From assembly GCA_030390025.1 (NCBI GenBank), contig CM059432.1, forward strand, positions 59,956,001 through 60,020,000: a stretch of 64,000 nucleotides of DNA. The letters run 5' to 3'. Below, piece after piece: positions 63,403-64,000 of the stretch. The position numbers were made by a program, and so were the translations under genes. Origin of the DNA: Squalus acanthias. Its lineage: Eukaryota. The notes under the pieces are model-generated. The model was not told where the DNA came from, made no database searches, and saw only the letters and a program-made list of their open reading frames with translations. Each line of letters opens with the position of its first letter. The stretch's first letter is position 1.

Positions 63403-64000
63403 TTGGACTTTGTCTGTAGAGTTGCTTCCCAGTACTCGTTATTTGTGCTTAATGCAAGAATCAGGTCTGTATGAACCAAAATGTGATCTTAAGCATGAAT
63501 TAGAAATAGTACAGGCTGCCCACCGTACCCACCTGATCGTTTTGGTAGATGTAAAAACACCATTCCCACAGACTTTGTGAGATAGTGTAAAACGAGTGAT
63601 AGCAAGTCGGCAGGTAGGTTTTACGAATTTGCACACTGATGTGGAGCTTTGTGTGCTGGCATGTGTATGAAAAATTCAGTCATGGAGATCAGCACACCCT
63701 GCAGGGTTTTTCCATTCATTCATTTTAAGCTCATTGCTAGAAGCGCAATCTCATAAAATATACACTTTGTTGGGTGAAAAACATACTTTAAAGAGATTAA
63801 GAGGATTATCTTTTGATTTTGCACTCCCAGAGGGAGCCGTGCCTGCCAAGAACATGCATCACAAATTAATGCCGTGCATGATTTTCAACTATATAAATTA
63901 ATTGTCCGAAAATCGTGCTCCGCGCTCACCTGGATTTCCGACTATCTAGAATGAGCACAAACGGCATCACAAACAGAACCACAAAGCACTATTATAGTAT

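Overview
Eukaryotic (vertebrate) DNA made almost entirely of transposon remnants. The repeat families present (Deu-domain tRNA SINEs, CR1, L2, Zenon-like CR1 LINEs and Penelope-like ends) suggest a cartilaginous fish such as a shark; this is inference, not a database result. No host gene can be identified with confidence, only a few isolated candidate exons, so the window is probably intronic or intergenic. The dominant theme is the PIF/Harbinger DNA-transposon system. It includes one near-complete two-gene element (39363-43259, with a DDE transposase on + and a convergent intron-containing Myb/SANT gene on -), several older transposase remnants and more than 15 non-autonomous derivatives with GGG..AAATT / AATTT..CCC termini. 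One derivative family (three copies with clean 3-bp TSDs) appears to keep both convergent promoters and the start codons but lacks the coding regions. Another carries a 2.2-kb CpG- and G-rich 23-bp minisatellite. Other highlights are a Zenon-like LINE whose 5' end is a tRNA-SINE head, a degenerate minimal hammerhead in a Penelope-like terminus, a branched hairpin at 48.1 kb, and several nested insertions with TSDs. All coding remnants are disrupted. Family names come from recognised motifs.
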